Virus record (IMG/VR): IMGVR_UViG_3300033142_000925 | Location: 1 to 64,000 of that record | Direction: 5' to 3' (one strand) | Length of the DNA stretch: 64,000 nucleotides | DNA from: a virus | Shown here: piece by piece, positions 36,993-46,057 of the stretch | How positions within the stretch are numbered: the stretch's first letter is position 1 | Layout: each line of letters opens with the position of its first letter | Program-made: the position numbers and the translations under genes | The notes under the pieces: generated by a model | The model's input: only the letters and a program-made list of their open reading frames with translations | Databases searched by the model: none | What the model was told of the DNA's origin: nothing

Positions 36993-37591
36993 TACTGGTC
37001 CACCTCCAAGTTCCCGTTTATCGTTACTGTTGAAGCACTCGATACAATCGTATTACCGTTTGAATCAGTAAGCTCAAAAGTCCCGGCTGCCACGTCCAAC
37101 TTGAAAAACGTACCGTCCGGGGTCTCTATAGTTATTGTACCATCTTCTTCGATCAGAACCGAAGTACCTGATTTCAAGATGATTTTATCTTCGAGAGGCT
37201 TGTCCGCTTCAAGCATCGTGGTCGCTGTGGTCTTGCTGCCGGAGTTCACCGGAGGCTTGCTAAACTCGTTAGCCAGATACGGAAAGATGGTACCAACTAT
37301 CACTTTGTGCCGGGTACCGTAAGAAGCGTACATAACTACTACGAAATCCTCGATAGCGGGCAAACTAACGGTACCATAAGGCGCTCCGGCAATCGTTCCA
37401 GCCTGAGACATTACCGGTATATTCTGAAGCACTTGACCATCATGCGTCTTCAAATCACAGGTCACCCGCTGGGAATACACCTCGATCACCTGAGCGATGA
37501 ATGCAGACCGCCCATGAGGGGCCATCGTGGTTCGGTTAGGGAATTGCACGGCACTCTGTTCTACCTGTACATCCCGCTTCTGCTTTCTCAT
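36992..37591 (-). CDS. Baseplate spike / gpV-like
   Basis: OB-fold LPAIEDFVVV, beta-helix repeats SGTSVLIEEDG..., ends INGNLEV. Confidence 0.7.
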   Translation of the reverse strand: MRKQKRDVQVEQSAVQFPNRTTMAPHGRSAFIAQVIEVYSQRVTCDLKTHDGQVLQNIPVMSQAGTIAGAPYGTVSLPAIEDFVVVMYASYGTRHKVIVGTIFPYLANEFSKPPVNSGSKTTATTMLEADKPLEDKIILKSGTSVLIEEDGTITIETPDGTFFKLDVAAGTFELTDSNGNTIVSSASTVTINGNLEVDQ

Positions 37592-38991
37592 GACATCGCG
37601 TTCCTTCTGAAGATTTTATCCTTCAGTTCGATAGGCTTAGTTCTATTAAAGCCACGGGTTACAGTAAGGTTGCTCTTCAGGGCCCCTTGATACTGCCACG
37701 TATGCGCAACGCCCTCCACATAGAAGAATCCCTCAATTCCGTACACTTCGATCTTGTCACCAATCTTCGGATCGTCGTCGGAGTTTGAGGGTACCATGTG
37801 AGTAATCGCGCCTGACAGGTAATTCTCATTATCCGTAAACCAATTCAACAGAGTTATGGCCGCTTCCTTGCTGACCGTCTCCGCCGCCCCTTGCGTGATC
37901 TCCCGATCTTCCCCCACAATTTCCTCTATGCGGGTGTAGAACAGTTCTGTGATCAACGGCTTGAACAGGTACTTCCCTACAAGCGGCTTATCAACCTCGG
38001 CCTGTCCCAGCAGGAGACGAGCAAGATCGGAAAGCTCGAAGGCCGGTTGCTTCACAGAGTAAAACGTATAAACCTCATCCATGCTCTTGGCCAGATCAAA
38101 CTGAAGTAGATGGTTCTGATCAATCCGCTTTGCCGGGAGACTGTCGAATGCGTTCCCTACAACTCCGTTGGTTTTGGTACCATTAAACGGTGTTTCTCTG
38201 AATACCAGACACGCTTTCTCCGGGAGTGTCACTTCCTTATTATCGATGGTCACTTTCCTCGGCCCGTTGTCGATCCAGAACTCATTGAACGGTTTCTGAA
38301 CCAACTGCTCAGCCAACTGCCAGAAGGTGAGGGTCTGCTCTGTACCGTTGAAAAGTTCAAACGTTCTCGGGATCGCCGGAGCGAGGCTGCTGGTCAGTCC
38401 TGACCCTACATCGAGATAAGCATCGAGATAGGTAATGAACTTGGTCGCATCGATAGCCGTCAAGTAGTCTATGAATGCTTCAATCAGGACCCTTACCATC
38501 TCAGCAAAAGACACCCCGTCAATCGAAGCGTCAAGGATGGCTTTACTCAGGGCCGCAGCCGCGTCAATCAGACCGTCAGATTCGAGGCCCAGTGCGGTGC
38601 CCAGTCCAAGGCCGACATTTGCGGTTACGAGTAAGCCGCCGAATTGCTGGCATGTGAGTGTCGCGGTTCTGGTAGGCTTTCCATCGGACGGGTTGATCGA
38701 TCCTGAATATGACACCCTTGTGATATACCCCAGAAACTTGAGCGTTCCGAACTCGTAGATTCGAATCACATCCATAAGGTTGAGAACATCCAGAATATGA
38801 GTATCCGCGCTCTGAGGAAGCACGGCTAACTGACAGGACCCTTGCGGATTCTTAATGGTTTTCTGAAACCGGTAATTCATAATGTCCGGCGTAACGTCGA
38901 GGGTATCTTTCTTGTTCCCGGCAGGCCACTCCCACCGGTCAATCTCTACCCTTATGGACATTCGTCGTATTGTATCAATAACAGCGGCCAT
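37588..38991 (-). CDS. Baseplate hub protein
   Basis: Follows TMP; KPFNEFW, RETPF, KIGDK..FYVEGVAH.W...LTVTRG. Confidence 0.7.
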   Translation of the reverse strand: MAAVIDTIRRMSIRVEIDRWEWPAGNKKDTLDVTPDIMNYRFQKTIKNPQGSCQLAVLPQSADTHILDVLNLMDVIRIYEFGTLKFLGYITRVSYSGSINPSDGKPTRTATLTCQQFGGLLVTANVGLGLGTALGLESDGLIDAAAALSKAILDASIDGVSFAEMVRVLIEAFIDYLTAIDATKFITYLDAYLDVGSGLTSSLAPAIPRTFELFNGTEQTLTFWQLAEQLVQKPFNEFWIDNGPRKVTIDNKEVTLPEKACLVFRETPFNGTKTNGVVGNAFDSLPAKRIDQNHLLQFDLAKSMDEVYTFYSVKQPAFELSDLARLLLGQAEVDKPLVGKYLFKPLITELFYTRIEEIVGEDREITQGAAETVSKEAAITLLNWFTDNENYLSGAITHMVPSNSDDDPKIGDKIEVYGIEGFFYVEGVAHTWQYQGALKSNLTVTRGFNRTKPIELKDKIFRRNAMS

Positions 38992-41063
38992 TAGTTACCC
39001 ACCGTCGGAATGACCATTTCGCCATCCGTAAATACGATACCAGCTTCACTCAATGCGGTCACAAGTTCCCGGATCGCTGTTGAAAGTTCACCCTCAGTAG
39101 TTGTCTGCCGGTTATAGAACTGCATAAGGATCGGATCGATTACATCTGTAATTTCACCTTTCTCTCTGATCTTACCCCCGATATCAAACAATCCAAGCCC
39201 CTCAACCGCTTCCTTCTTAGCCTGTCCACGGACCGCAGAGAGAATATCATTAAACAAACTACTAAACCCTCCAACACCTCCGCCGAATGATTGAAAGTCA
39301 CCCTCTTTTAATGATCGCCACGCCCCCATCCATCCGGGAGTAGCATCTGATATTTCATTGATCTGCCCCTGAAGACCTTCATTCTCCCGAAGTGACCGTA
39401 TGGTCGACGCGTTGGTTGCAAAGTTAGGATTTTGAAGCCAAGGGTCAACCGCATTCATATCTTTAATAGTCAAATTGGCTTCATCAATCTCAGCAGTAAG
39501 ATTACTAACATCCTGCGCAGTTATCGTATTCACTTCTTCAATGGTCTGATTTATTTGACCTTGAGCCGCTTCCATAAGGTCCCGGCGCACTCCACCAAAC
39601 TGAACATTGGTCGCATTGGTGTTGATCGGGTTTCCTGTGATCCATGCCGCCACACCCCCGAGCATTGTAGTCAATTCAAGGGCTGCATCCTGAACACCCT
39701 TGAGAGCTTCAATCTGTCTGGCTGCTGTCACTTCCCGAGCCTGATCATAATCAACAAGATTTCCATCGTCATCGTAAATCTTTCCTCTGACTCCGGCGGT
39801 AGCAACCCCTTTACCCGCTGCCGTGGAATATTCTCTACCCGATGATTGGATGAACGCATCAACCATGCTCATGCTGGTCCCGGCTCCCATATACTTCTGG
39901 ACCCTCATTCTCATAAGGTCCTCATCCCCGCCCGTCGACCGCTGAAGGTACTGAAATACAGCTTCATTGGTTTCGGTAGGATTCTGTTCCATCCGCATCA
40001 TAGTATCGGTCACACTCTCACCCGATTTTCTCATAGCCTGAAATGCTATGATGTCTTCCGGTGTTTGAAGCTGTGCCGCGCTCTGGGCTCTATTTGTTGC
40101 CAACTGATTCAAGGCCACTGCGCCGGTTGGTGACAGTCCGCCAAATTGGGCATATCCCGCCAATACGTTGCCTCGTTGATTCACCTCATCCTGAGACAGC
40201 TTGATCCCGCTGGTCATCGCGCCTTCGATGGTTCTGTTCATTTCTGTGAGGAAGGTTCCGAGACTTCCCCGGCCAAACGTTCCCGCGCCCCCGGCCAAGG
40301 TCCCGTATTCCATATTGACCCCGGCCCGCTGTGTAGTACCGAGAAGCTGTCCAAGCAAGCCAGCGTCAACACCTGCCCCTGTCATTACATCAGCAAACAG
40401 GCCAAACTGCCCCGCTGTGCCCTTCGTAAACTGGGCACCCGAAGTGCTGGCCGATGTCATGAGCGCATTTACCATACCAATAGGCACACCCGTACGTCCG
40501 AGTTCAGTCATATAATTCTGAGTGTTTTCGTACGATGCTCCAAGTCGCTGGGAGATCCCCCCACCGAAGACGTTTTCCATACGTCCATATGAACTTTCTG
40601 CGAACTTCTGTACTCCCATGGCCCCTGCTCCGAGTGCCATGAGTGCGATTCCTATAGGACCGCCGACGAGACCGCCAGCCATGTTCGCGAGGCCACCGGC
40701 TGCGGCACCTCCACGACCTGCGCCTGCGGCCTCAGCAGTAGAGAAAGCGCCACCGACCGCACCGGGCCGGATGGCGTTATTGTATCCACTATTCGAGGAT
40801 TGTCTCTGTCTGGATTGTTCCTGATAATCCCGGTTCCGGGTTTCACGTGCGGCTACATCTGCATTCGACTGACCACCCGCCATGACTCCTGAGTTCGGAG
40901 ATACAGCCTTCGAGAAGGGGTCACCTCCACCAATAGCACCGGGTGACAACCCCTTTGCGGAGGCTGCCACCTGATCATAGGCTTCTTTGAGCTTTCGTAT
41001 TTCTCGTGCCGCTTGGTCTGCGCCTTGCGCCTCGACCTTAATCCGGCTGACTATATCCGGCAT
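38991..41063 (-). CDS. Tape measure protein
   Basis: Gly/Ala-rich helical protein after the tail chaperones. Confidence 0.75.
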   Translation of the reverse strand: MPDIVSRIKVEAQGADQAAREIRKLKEAYDQVAASAKGLSPGAIGGGDPFSKAVSPNSGVMAGGQSNADVAARETRNRDYQEQSRQRQSSNSGYNNAIRPGAVGGAFSTAEAAGAGRGGAAAGGLANMAGGLVGGPIGIALMALGAGAMGVQKFAESSYGRMENVFGGGISQRLGASYENTQNYMTELGRTGVPIGMVNALMTSASTSGAQFTKGTAGQFGLFADVMTGAGVDAGLLGQLLGTTQRAGVNMEYGTLAGGAGTFGRGSLGTFLTEMNRTIEGAMTSGIKLSQDEVNQRGNVLAGYAQFGGLSPTGAVALNQLATNRAQSAAQLQTPEDIIAFQAMRKSGESVTDTMMRMEQNPTETNEAVFQYLQRSTGGDEDLMRMRVQKYMGAGTSMSMVDAFIQSSGREYSTAAGKGVATAGVRGKIYDDDGNLVDYDQAREVTAARQIEALKGVQDAALELTTMLGGVAAWITGNPINTNATNVQFGGVRRDLMEAAQGQINQTIEEVNTITAQDVSNLTAEIDEANLTIKDMNAVDPWLQNPNFATNASTIRSLRENEGLQGQINEISDATPGWMGAWRSLKEGDFQSFGGGVGGFSSLFNDILSAVRGQAKKEAVEGLGLFDIGGKIREKGEITDVIDPILMQFYNRQTTTEGELSTAIRELVTALSEAGIVFTDGEMVIPTVGN

Positions 41064-41373
41064 TTGCCAACTGCTCCTTCATCCGTTCAATCTGTTCCGG
41101 CGTATACCCCGCTCTCGCGAAGTTCTTCTCCGCCGTCTCGTCGATCACCGGATCACCCGCTTTCCTGTCATGGAAGCGCTTTATCTGTTCCGACGATGGC
41201 AGTTCAGTCCAGCCATAGAACATCAAAACCTTCTGGTTTTCAGTTAGCTTCTTGAACCTCTCATCCGTCGGCAGTATTCGAAAATGATGCATGATCCATA
41301 GGTCAAGACTTTCGTCCCTTGCTAAGGTCTTCCAGTCCGCCCGATTTAAGTTTTGATTGAAACTCGCCGCGAA
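41038..41373 (-). CDS. Tail assembly chaperone C-terminal extension (gpT-like), probably reached by +1 frameshift
   Basis: Frame is open well upstream of the ATG at 41292, back to ~41400; LWIMHHFRILPTDERF..LT..Q. Confidence 0.6.
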   Translation of the reverse strand, partial: FAASFNQNLNRADWKTLARDESLDLWIMHHFRILPTDERFKKLTENQKVLMFYGWTELPSSEQIKRFHDRKAGDPVIDETAEKNFARAGYTPEQIERMKEQLANAGYSQPD

Positions 41374-41692
41374 ACCGCAAATAGGATGTGTACAGTTCCC
41401 CTATGCACGCCTCATCATAACACGTCCAAGCGGATTTAAACCACTCAGGCGACTCCTCACGGATGACGAGGTTATCCGCGTAGGCTGTAGCTTCGACAAG
41501 CGCGAGGTGATCCGCTGGGTAAGTATCCCGTGCAAATCCTCCGAGCTTCCTTGAGATGTCTGCTTCTATTCCTGCTTTTTCAAACGGGCTTGGGTACTTC
41601 ATTGTGAAGACCTCGCCGTTATACTCGACCGTGAACTTCAGATCATCTTCATGAATAATCTGTTGTCCGATTCTGATATCTTTCTTCGCCAT
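41303..41692 (-). CDS. Tail assembly chaperone (gpG-like)
   Basis: Between tail tube and TMP; GAGGAG RBS before ATG 41692; ends ...YLRFRGE... Confidence 0.75.
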   Translation of the reverse strand: MAKKDIRIGQQIIHEDDLKFTVEYNGEVFTMKYPSPFEKAGIEADISRKLGGFARDTYPADHLALVEATAYADNLVIREESPEWFKSAWTCYDEACIGELYTSYLRFRGEFQSKLKSGGLEDLSKGRKS

Positions 41693-41708
41693 TGTGTCTC
41701 CTCTTCTC

Positions 41709-41749
41709 AAAAGGAATACCCAGTGGGGCTGGACGTAACCCCACCGAGT
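41709..41749 (-). terminator. Hairpin / probable terminator after the tail tube gene
   Basis: ACTCGGTGGGGTT-N6-AGCCCCACTGGGT followed by ATTCCTTTT. Confidence 0.55.
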
Positions 41750-41761
41750 TTAAAACGATGG

Positions 41762-42469
41762 TTAGATCGTTCGCTCTACACTCATCATCCGCAGATTCGC
41801 GGTTATGTAACTGTTGGGCGTGATCTGAACCCCATTACTCGCAATCATAACCTTTCGGAACTGATTTACGAGTTGACCGGTTGCGGTGTTCAGGAATTGC
41901 AGTGTATCGAACTCACCCGGTTTCCCGTCATTCGACTGCACCTGACTCCGTGTCGGTATAAACTCAGCCAAGGCGACCGCGCCGCCATCTGGCCATGGAC
42001 CCTCGCCCGGTCTCTCCGGGAGAAAGGTTGATAGTGTAACAGTACACGAGTATCCCTGCGAATCATAGTCAACAGGACCATGATAGTTCAGGACGTTGGC
42101 TGGATTAACCAATTTTGTTATCCTAAAGGCTTTTTATCCCTTAGTTCTACACCTTCATTTCAGTGTAGTTCAGCATATCTTTTCAACTCAATGAGTTGGT
42201 GCGGCCTCGTGGAAGGATTATATTCTGCCTTAGCAGGTTCACCTTCTATGCGTTGCCCCTGACCAGCCGTTTAAAGCATAGCCTTCGGTTCGGATTCCCA
42301 TCTCAGGGTTCCCGCTTCATTCCGCACTTTCTTACCCCTATATCGCTACAGGGGAGGCCGTCAATCCAGCCCAATCCTCGTCGTAGGAAGCCCCGGTCGC
42401 GAGACCTACAGGCTGTCCGTTAATAAGAACTTGTACCCATGCACCACCAGCAAGTATTTTCTGCGCCAT
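41762..42469 (-). CDS. Tail tube protein, split by a group I intron: exon 1 42469-42368, exon 2 42109-41762 (149 aa spliced)
   Basis: AGGAGG-ATG at 42469 right after the sheath; exon 1 MAQKILAGGAWVQVLINGQPVGLATGASYDEDWA joins in frame to VNPANVLNYHGPVDY... Confidence 0.88.
42110..42367 (-). ncRNA. Group I self-splicing intron (258 nt, no homing endonuclease ORF)
   Basis: U at the 5' splice site with P1 GGGCU/GGCCU U.G pair; P10 GGAUUGAC/GUUAAUCC; P2 with GCGA loop; P3 GUGCGG/CCGCAC; P7 A(C)GCAUA/UAUGCU; P8 CAACUC/GAGUUG; P9 CUACAC/GUGUAG; terminal G. Confidence 0.9.
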
Positions 42470-42478
42470 GCGATCCTC

Positions 42479-44209
42479 CTATACGCTCGCCACGAGTTCG
42501 TGGAAGTGGTTCGTTATGAAATTGAAATTGACTGGCAGTGTCACGTACGCATCGTAATCGATGAATACCTGATCAGCGTTCAATGTGATCTGTACACCCC
42601 ACCATGAGAGCCCGTCAGCCGGGTTCTTGATGAAGATGCCAAGGTCCTGATAGATTGCCAGTCTCGCTTCTACCGCCCCTTTCAAAACACCGCCCGTGAC
42701 TGCCGTTCCCGGCTGCCCAACAAACTGCAATTCCAGTGATTCTCTCAGGTCCCGTGATGCAAAGAACATCTCGGTTACTACTGAGAACTCATTCCACTTC
42801 AGATCGTTTGTCTGGTAAGTGTTAAACTGTCGCACCAGTCGAGGCCGACCAGTCGGTGCGTAGTTGATCGCGGCAACACCTTCCTGTAACAGAGCTTCAA
42901 GGTTGCTGTCAGTTAGCTTGTATTCAAGCTCTATGAAGTCCAATTCCTTGAAGGTGAGAGGTTGGTTGATTGCCAAGGTACATTTCATACCCATCAGCAT
43001 ACAGGCCGCATACGACCCGGAATAATTCTGGATTACTCCATTCACATCCCTTCGAGTACCACCATTGAAGGCGTATAACCCGGCCTTGCTGTTAAGCGTC
43101 TGTGCTGCCGTAACCGCCGCTGCGATATCGGTTGCCAAGACTCCCGTCTTCCACGGAGCCCCTACAAGGAACTGCCGTTCTTTCCGTCCGGTCACTGCGC
43201 TCATTGCCTCACAATGGGTTTTGATAGGCGCGTGTACCGCCGCCAGCGGGTCAGGTGTCGAGATGAACTGCACATTCTCCGCTTCCATCTGCAACAAGGC
43301 CGCTGTCCACTGGGTCGTATCATAGTCACCCTCAACCGCTCCAACAAGGAACTCTGCGACACTGTTGTCCACGATTTCTACATTGGTTGCGAGGTTTCCC
43401 GCCGCCGCTGATACTCTCGCAGACTGCGCGTTGATAACATCAAGCATCGCGTACATTGAAGATTCTGCTTCAACGGCTGCGGCGTTGATGTCCGCTGCGG
43501 TTACTCCGTCCAGTTCCAGTGGGCTATCATTCTCACTGCCCGCAATCGCAAAACAGGTATAGCCAGTCTGGGCGTTGATGTACGTCGCCAATTCGCCGAT
43601 AGTGCCATAATCATTCAAGTCGATACTCAGTGGATTCGTGACATCTGTATCGAGTGTTTGTGCTGCACTGGTATTCACGATGGTCATACTGGACGCGCCG
43701 CCCGTATTCTCAATCGAAAAACTCTTCTTCCAGATGTTGTCAAACTCCTCAACCGGATCGCTCTGAAACTCTATGGTGACTTTTTTACCGAACGTGTCGG
43801 TACTGGTCGCCACAGTCACTTTAATCTGATTCGTATAGAGACCGTAATCCCTACTGGCCAGATTGATCTTTGTGACTGCCGACGCAACCAAGGCGAGCGC
43901 TGCCTGTGTTGCGGCGTTTACACGCATCGCGAAGATGCGCTGGGGGCTTAGTCCTCCCCCCGGACTGAATGCAAGTCGAACAGCCTCCATCAAAGGTCCG
44001 CCACGAAGAGCGTCCACTGCTTCGGCGATGGTATTGAACTGTAGAAGGGTAGCGGGCTGACCCCCCGTACATTGGCCCATAACCACGCCATTGTTAGCAG
44101 AGGCAAGCCCCGCAGCACCTTTCACCGAGTCGATACGTGAGTATGCTCCCGGTATGATGTGCGAACTGATCTGACCAGCACTTTGGAATGTGCGATAATT
44201 CAGACTCAT
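42479..44209 (-). CDS. Tail sheath protein
   Basis: IIPGAYSR N-terminus, KERQ, NQPLTFK, FVG, LPVNF; 576 aa upstream of the tube gene. Confidence 0.9.
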   Translation of the reverse strand: MSLNYRTFQSAGQISSHIIPGAYSRIDSVKGAAGLASANNGVVMGQCTGGQPATLLQFNTIAEAVDALRGGPLMEAVRLAFSPGGGLSPQRIFAMRVNAATQAALALVASAVTKINLASRDYGLYTNQIKVTVATSTDTFGKKVTIEFQSDPVEEFDNIWKKSFSIENTGGASSMTIVNTSAAQTLDTDVTNPLSIDLNDYGTIGELATYINAQTGYTCFAIAGSENDSPLELDGVTAADINAAAVEAESSMYAMLDVINAQSARVSAAAGNLATNVEIVDNSVAEFLVGAVEGDYDTTQWTAALLQMEAENVQFISTPDPLAAVHAPIKTHCEAMSAVTGRKERQFLVGAPWKTGVLATDIAAAVTAAQTLNSKAGLYAFNGGTRRDVNGVIQNYSGSYAACMLMGMKCTLAINQPLTFKELDFIELEYKLTDSNLEALLQEGVAAINYAPTGRPRLVRQFNTYQTNDLKWNEFSVVTEMFFASRDLRESLELQFVGQPGTAVTGGVLKGAVEARLAIYQDLGIFIKNPADGLSWWGVQITLNADQVFIDYDAYVTLPVNFNFITNHFHELVASV

Positions 44210-44394
44210 TTGTTACCCTCCAATACTGATTTTAAGGTTTTTGCCCACTCAGCTTTTGTTTTTAGTATACCACGATACTGCCCTTCAACATAGGCCCTCG
44301 TGTACGGATGTATATCCGGTACTTCGAGTTCTATGTACTTAAAGGCAGGGTATTTCGGTTCTTTTTTAGTTCTGGTAGAACTTGTCTTAGCCAT
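44206..44394 (-). CDS. Small hypothetical protein
   Basis: RBS and ATGA overlap with the sheath start. Confidence 0.55.
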   Translation of the reverse strand: MAKTSSTRTKKEPKYPAFKYIELEVPDIHPYTRAYVEGQYRGILKTKAEWAKTLKSVLEGNK

Positions 44395-44402
44395 ATAACC
44401 CC

Positions 44403-45182
44403 CTATACAGCCCCCAACGTGAAATACGTCGGTAAGGTCTGTGTATCTATTGATGCGATACTCGTCAATGAGGTATCAAATACCGTTGCCCGATGGTTCA
44501 TAGCGAGCGTCACAGTAATATTTGATCCATATAGAAGAGTCCCAAAATCGAGGTTTATATCCCCCGAACGTCGTCCTTGTATTCCTGACAGGTCATACCC
44601 ATCCACATTGTGTAGATCAATTCTCTTCTGAGTTACAAAGTGGGCAACCATATCAAACAGAAAACTCGTTACCTCTTTGCTCTCACTCCACACATTGAAA
44701 TCGATGCTATGACTCGTATGATATTGCTTTGTTATCCCTACAATCGACCCGGTTGCTGCGACCCTTGCCAGAACCTTTGCCCAGCCTGCGTCAGAGCAGA
44801 ACACTTCCTTCGCGTCCCGGTAACCGCCCATGTTTACAATATCTTCCTCACTCCAAATGGCCGCTGTGTATTCGTCGCCCATAACCTCAACATCTTCTTG
44901 CATTGTCGAGTCGACCACGGTCACTGCCGGAAATACGTTCGTACTCTGACTCTGCCCCAGTACCTCCTGAGACAGAAGGATCGCGAACGGGTGGACCGTA
45001 CCCACTCTGATATTGTCAAAGTTGGGGAACAGTTGAGAATATCCAACCGTCTGAAGAAAGTCCCTGACCTCTCGGGCCAGCTTGATCTCTGGATTCTCAG
45101 ACTCCAACAAATAGATGAATCGATCATTTGCAGCTACGGGTCTGACCTCTGCTCTGGATGTCTTGTAAATATTTCCCATCAC
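44403..45182 (-). CDS. Putative tail completion/terminator protein
   Basis: Position between neck and sheath; FPAVTV motif. Confidence 0.55.
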   Translation of the reverse strand: MMGNIYKTSRAEVRPVAANDRFIYLLESENPEIKLAREVRDFLQTVGYSQLFPNFDNIRVGTVHPFAILLSQEVLGQSQSTNVFPAVTVVDSTMQEDVEVMGDEYTAAIWSEEDIVNMGGYRDAKEVFCSDAGWAKVLARVAATGSIVGITKQYHTSHSIDFNVWSESKEVTSFLFDMVAHFVTQKRIDLHNVDGYDLSGIQGRRSGDINLDFGTLLYGSNITVTLAMNHRATVFDTSLTSIASIDTQTLPTYFTLGAV

Positions 45183-46057
45183 TTCATATCCTGTTCGAGC
45201 GCACGCTGTAGAATCTCTTCAGCATACGGTCGCATGTAATCTACTACCGCCTGACGCACGGGCCATGGCGGTTGCTCAGGTACGATCCACGACATCGGGT
45301 CACTCCCAGCCGATACGACCCTGAAGGTAAGGTAGCTTGATGACTTCGCTTTCTGAGTCGACGCCTGCATTGCTACCATACCCGCATATCGTCCAGCCTT
45401 CTGAGTGTATTCACCCATCGTCTTGCCGCCCTTGGTTATGGTCTTTTTCTGGATTCCCCGCTTAGACTTCCTATCAAACCGAGTCCCCCATGAATAATCC
45501 CGTCCTCCCTGACTATTGTTATCCACTGTGGACCGTCCCCCGGTAGGTGACGCCCCGGCTGCTTTCTTCTGATCCGCATCCTTAACCTGTGAACTGAAAC
45601 TCTTATATACAGATATCGGCATAGGGTTATTCCTGAACTGATCGCTTCCCGGAGTCCCGTGCCTGAATGCCACTATGTTATATCGGCCTTTCTTACCTAC
45701 CTTACTCTTCGGACCCTTCAACAGTCCTTCCTTCAGATCAATCAGACCGTGCCCTCTTTCCAGAAGGTCTGTGACTGACATACCGTTCTTTGTCGTATAC
45801 GATGTGAAAACTTCCCATGATGTCGGGCTGATCTGCCTCCGTTCAATAGTCCTGTGATACTGCTTTGAGTTGACCACAAACGGCAATCCGGGAAGGTGCC
45901 CACCGGCAGCTACCCTCATCCACGCTTCCTGATACATCGTACTGAGCTTTTCGACTGCCAGCATCGTAGTGCTGAGTACCAGATTCCCTTTGCCCTTCGA
46001 CATGAGTTGAACGAACTCGGGAACGATCTCTTGTGCTGTTACAGTCAGGGTCTTCAT
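45179..46057 (-). CDS. Putative neck/tail completion protein
   Basis: DLKEGLL...VAFRH, YLTFRVVS..SDPMSWI.P motif typical of SPO1-like neck genes. Confidence 0.6.
   Translation of the reverse strand: MKTLTVTAQEIVPEFVQLMSKGKGNLVLSTTMLAVEKLSTMYQEAWMRVAAGGHLPGLPFVVNSKQYHRTIERRQISPTSWEVFTSYTTKNGMSVTDLLERGHGLIDLKEGLLKGPKSKVGKKGRYNIVAFRHGTPGSDQFRNNPMPISVYKSFSSQVKDADQKKAAGASPTGGRSTVDNNSQGGRDYSWGTRFDRKSKRGIQKKTITKGGKTMGEYTQKAGRYAGMVAMQASTQKAKSSSYLTFRVVSAGSDPMSWIVPEQPPWPVRQAVVDYMRPYAEEILQRALEQDMK

Noticed and set aside
41762-42112. Tail tube as a stand-alone 116-aa TTG-start gene
   Set aside because: No RBS; the TTG includes the intron terminal G; the true start with AGGAGG is at 42469
42196-42423. 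75-aa plus-strand ORF as a possible intron-encoded protein
   Set aside because: Antisense to the ribozyme core and exon 1; no endonuclease motif
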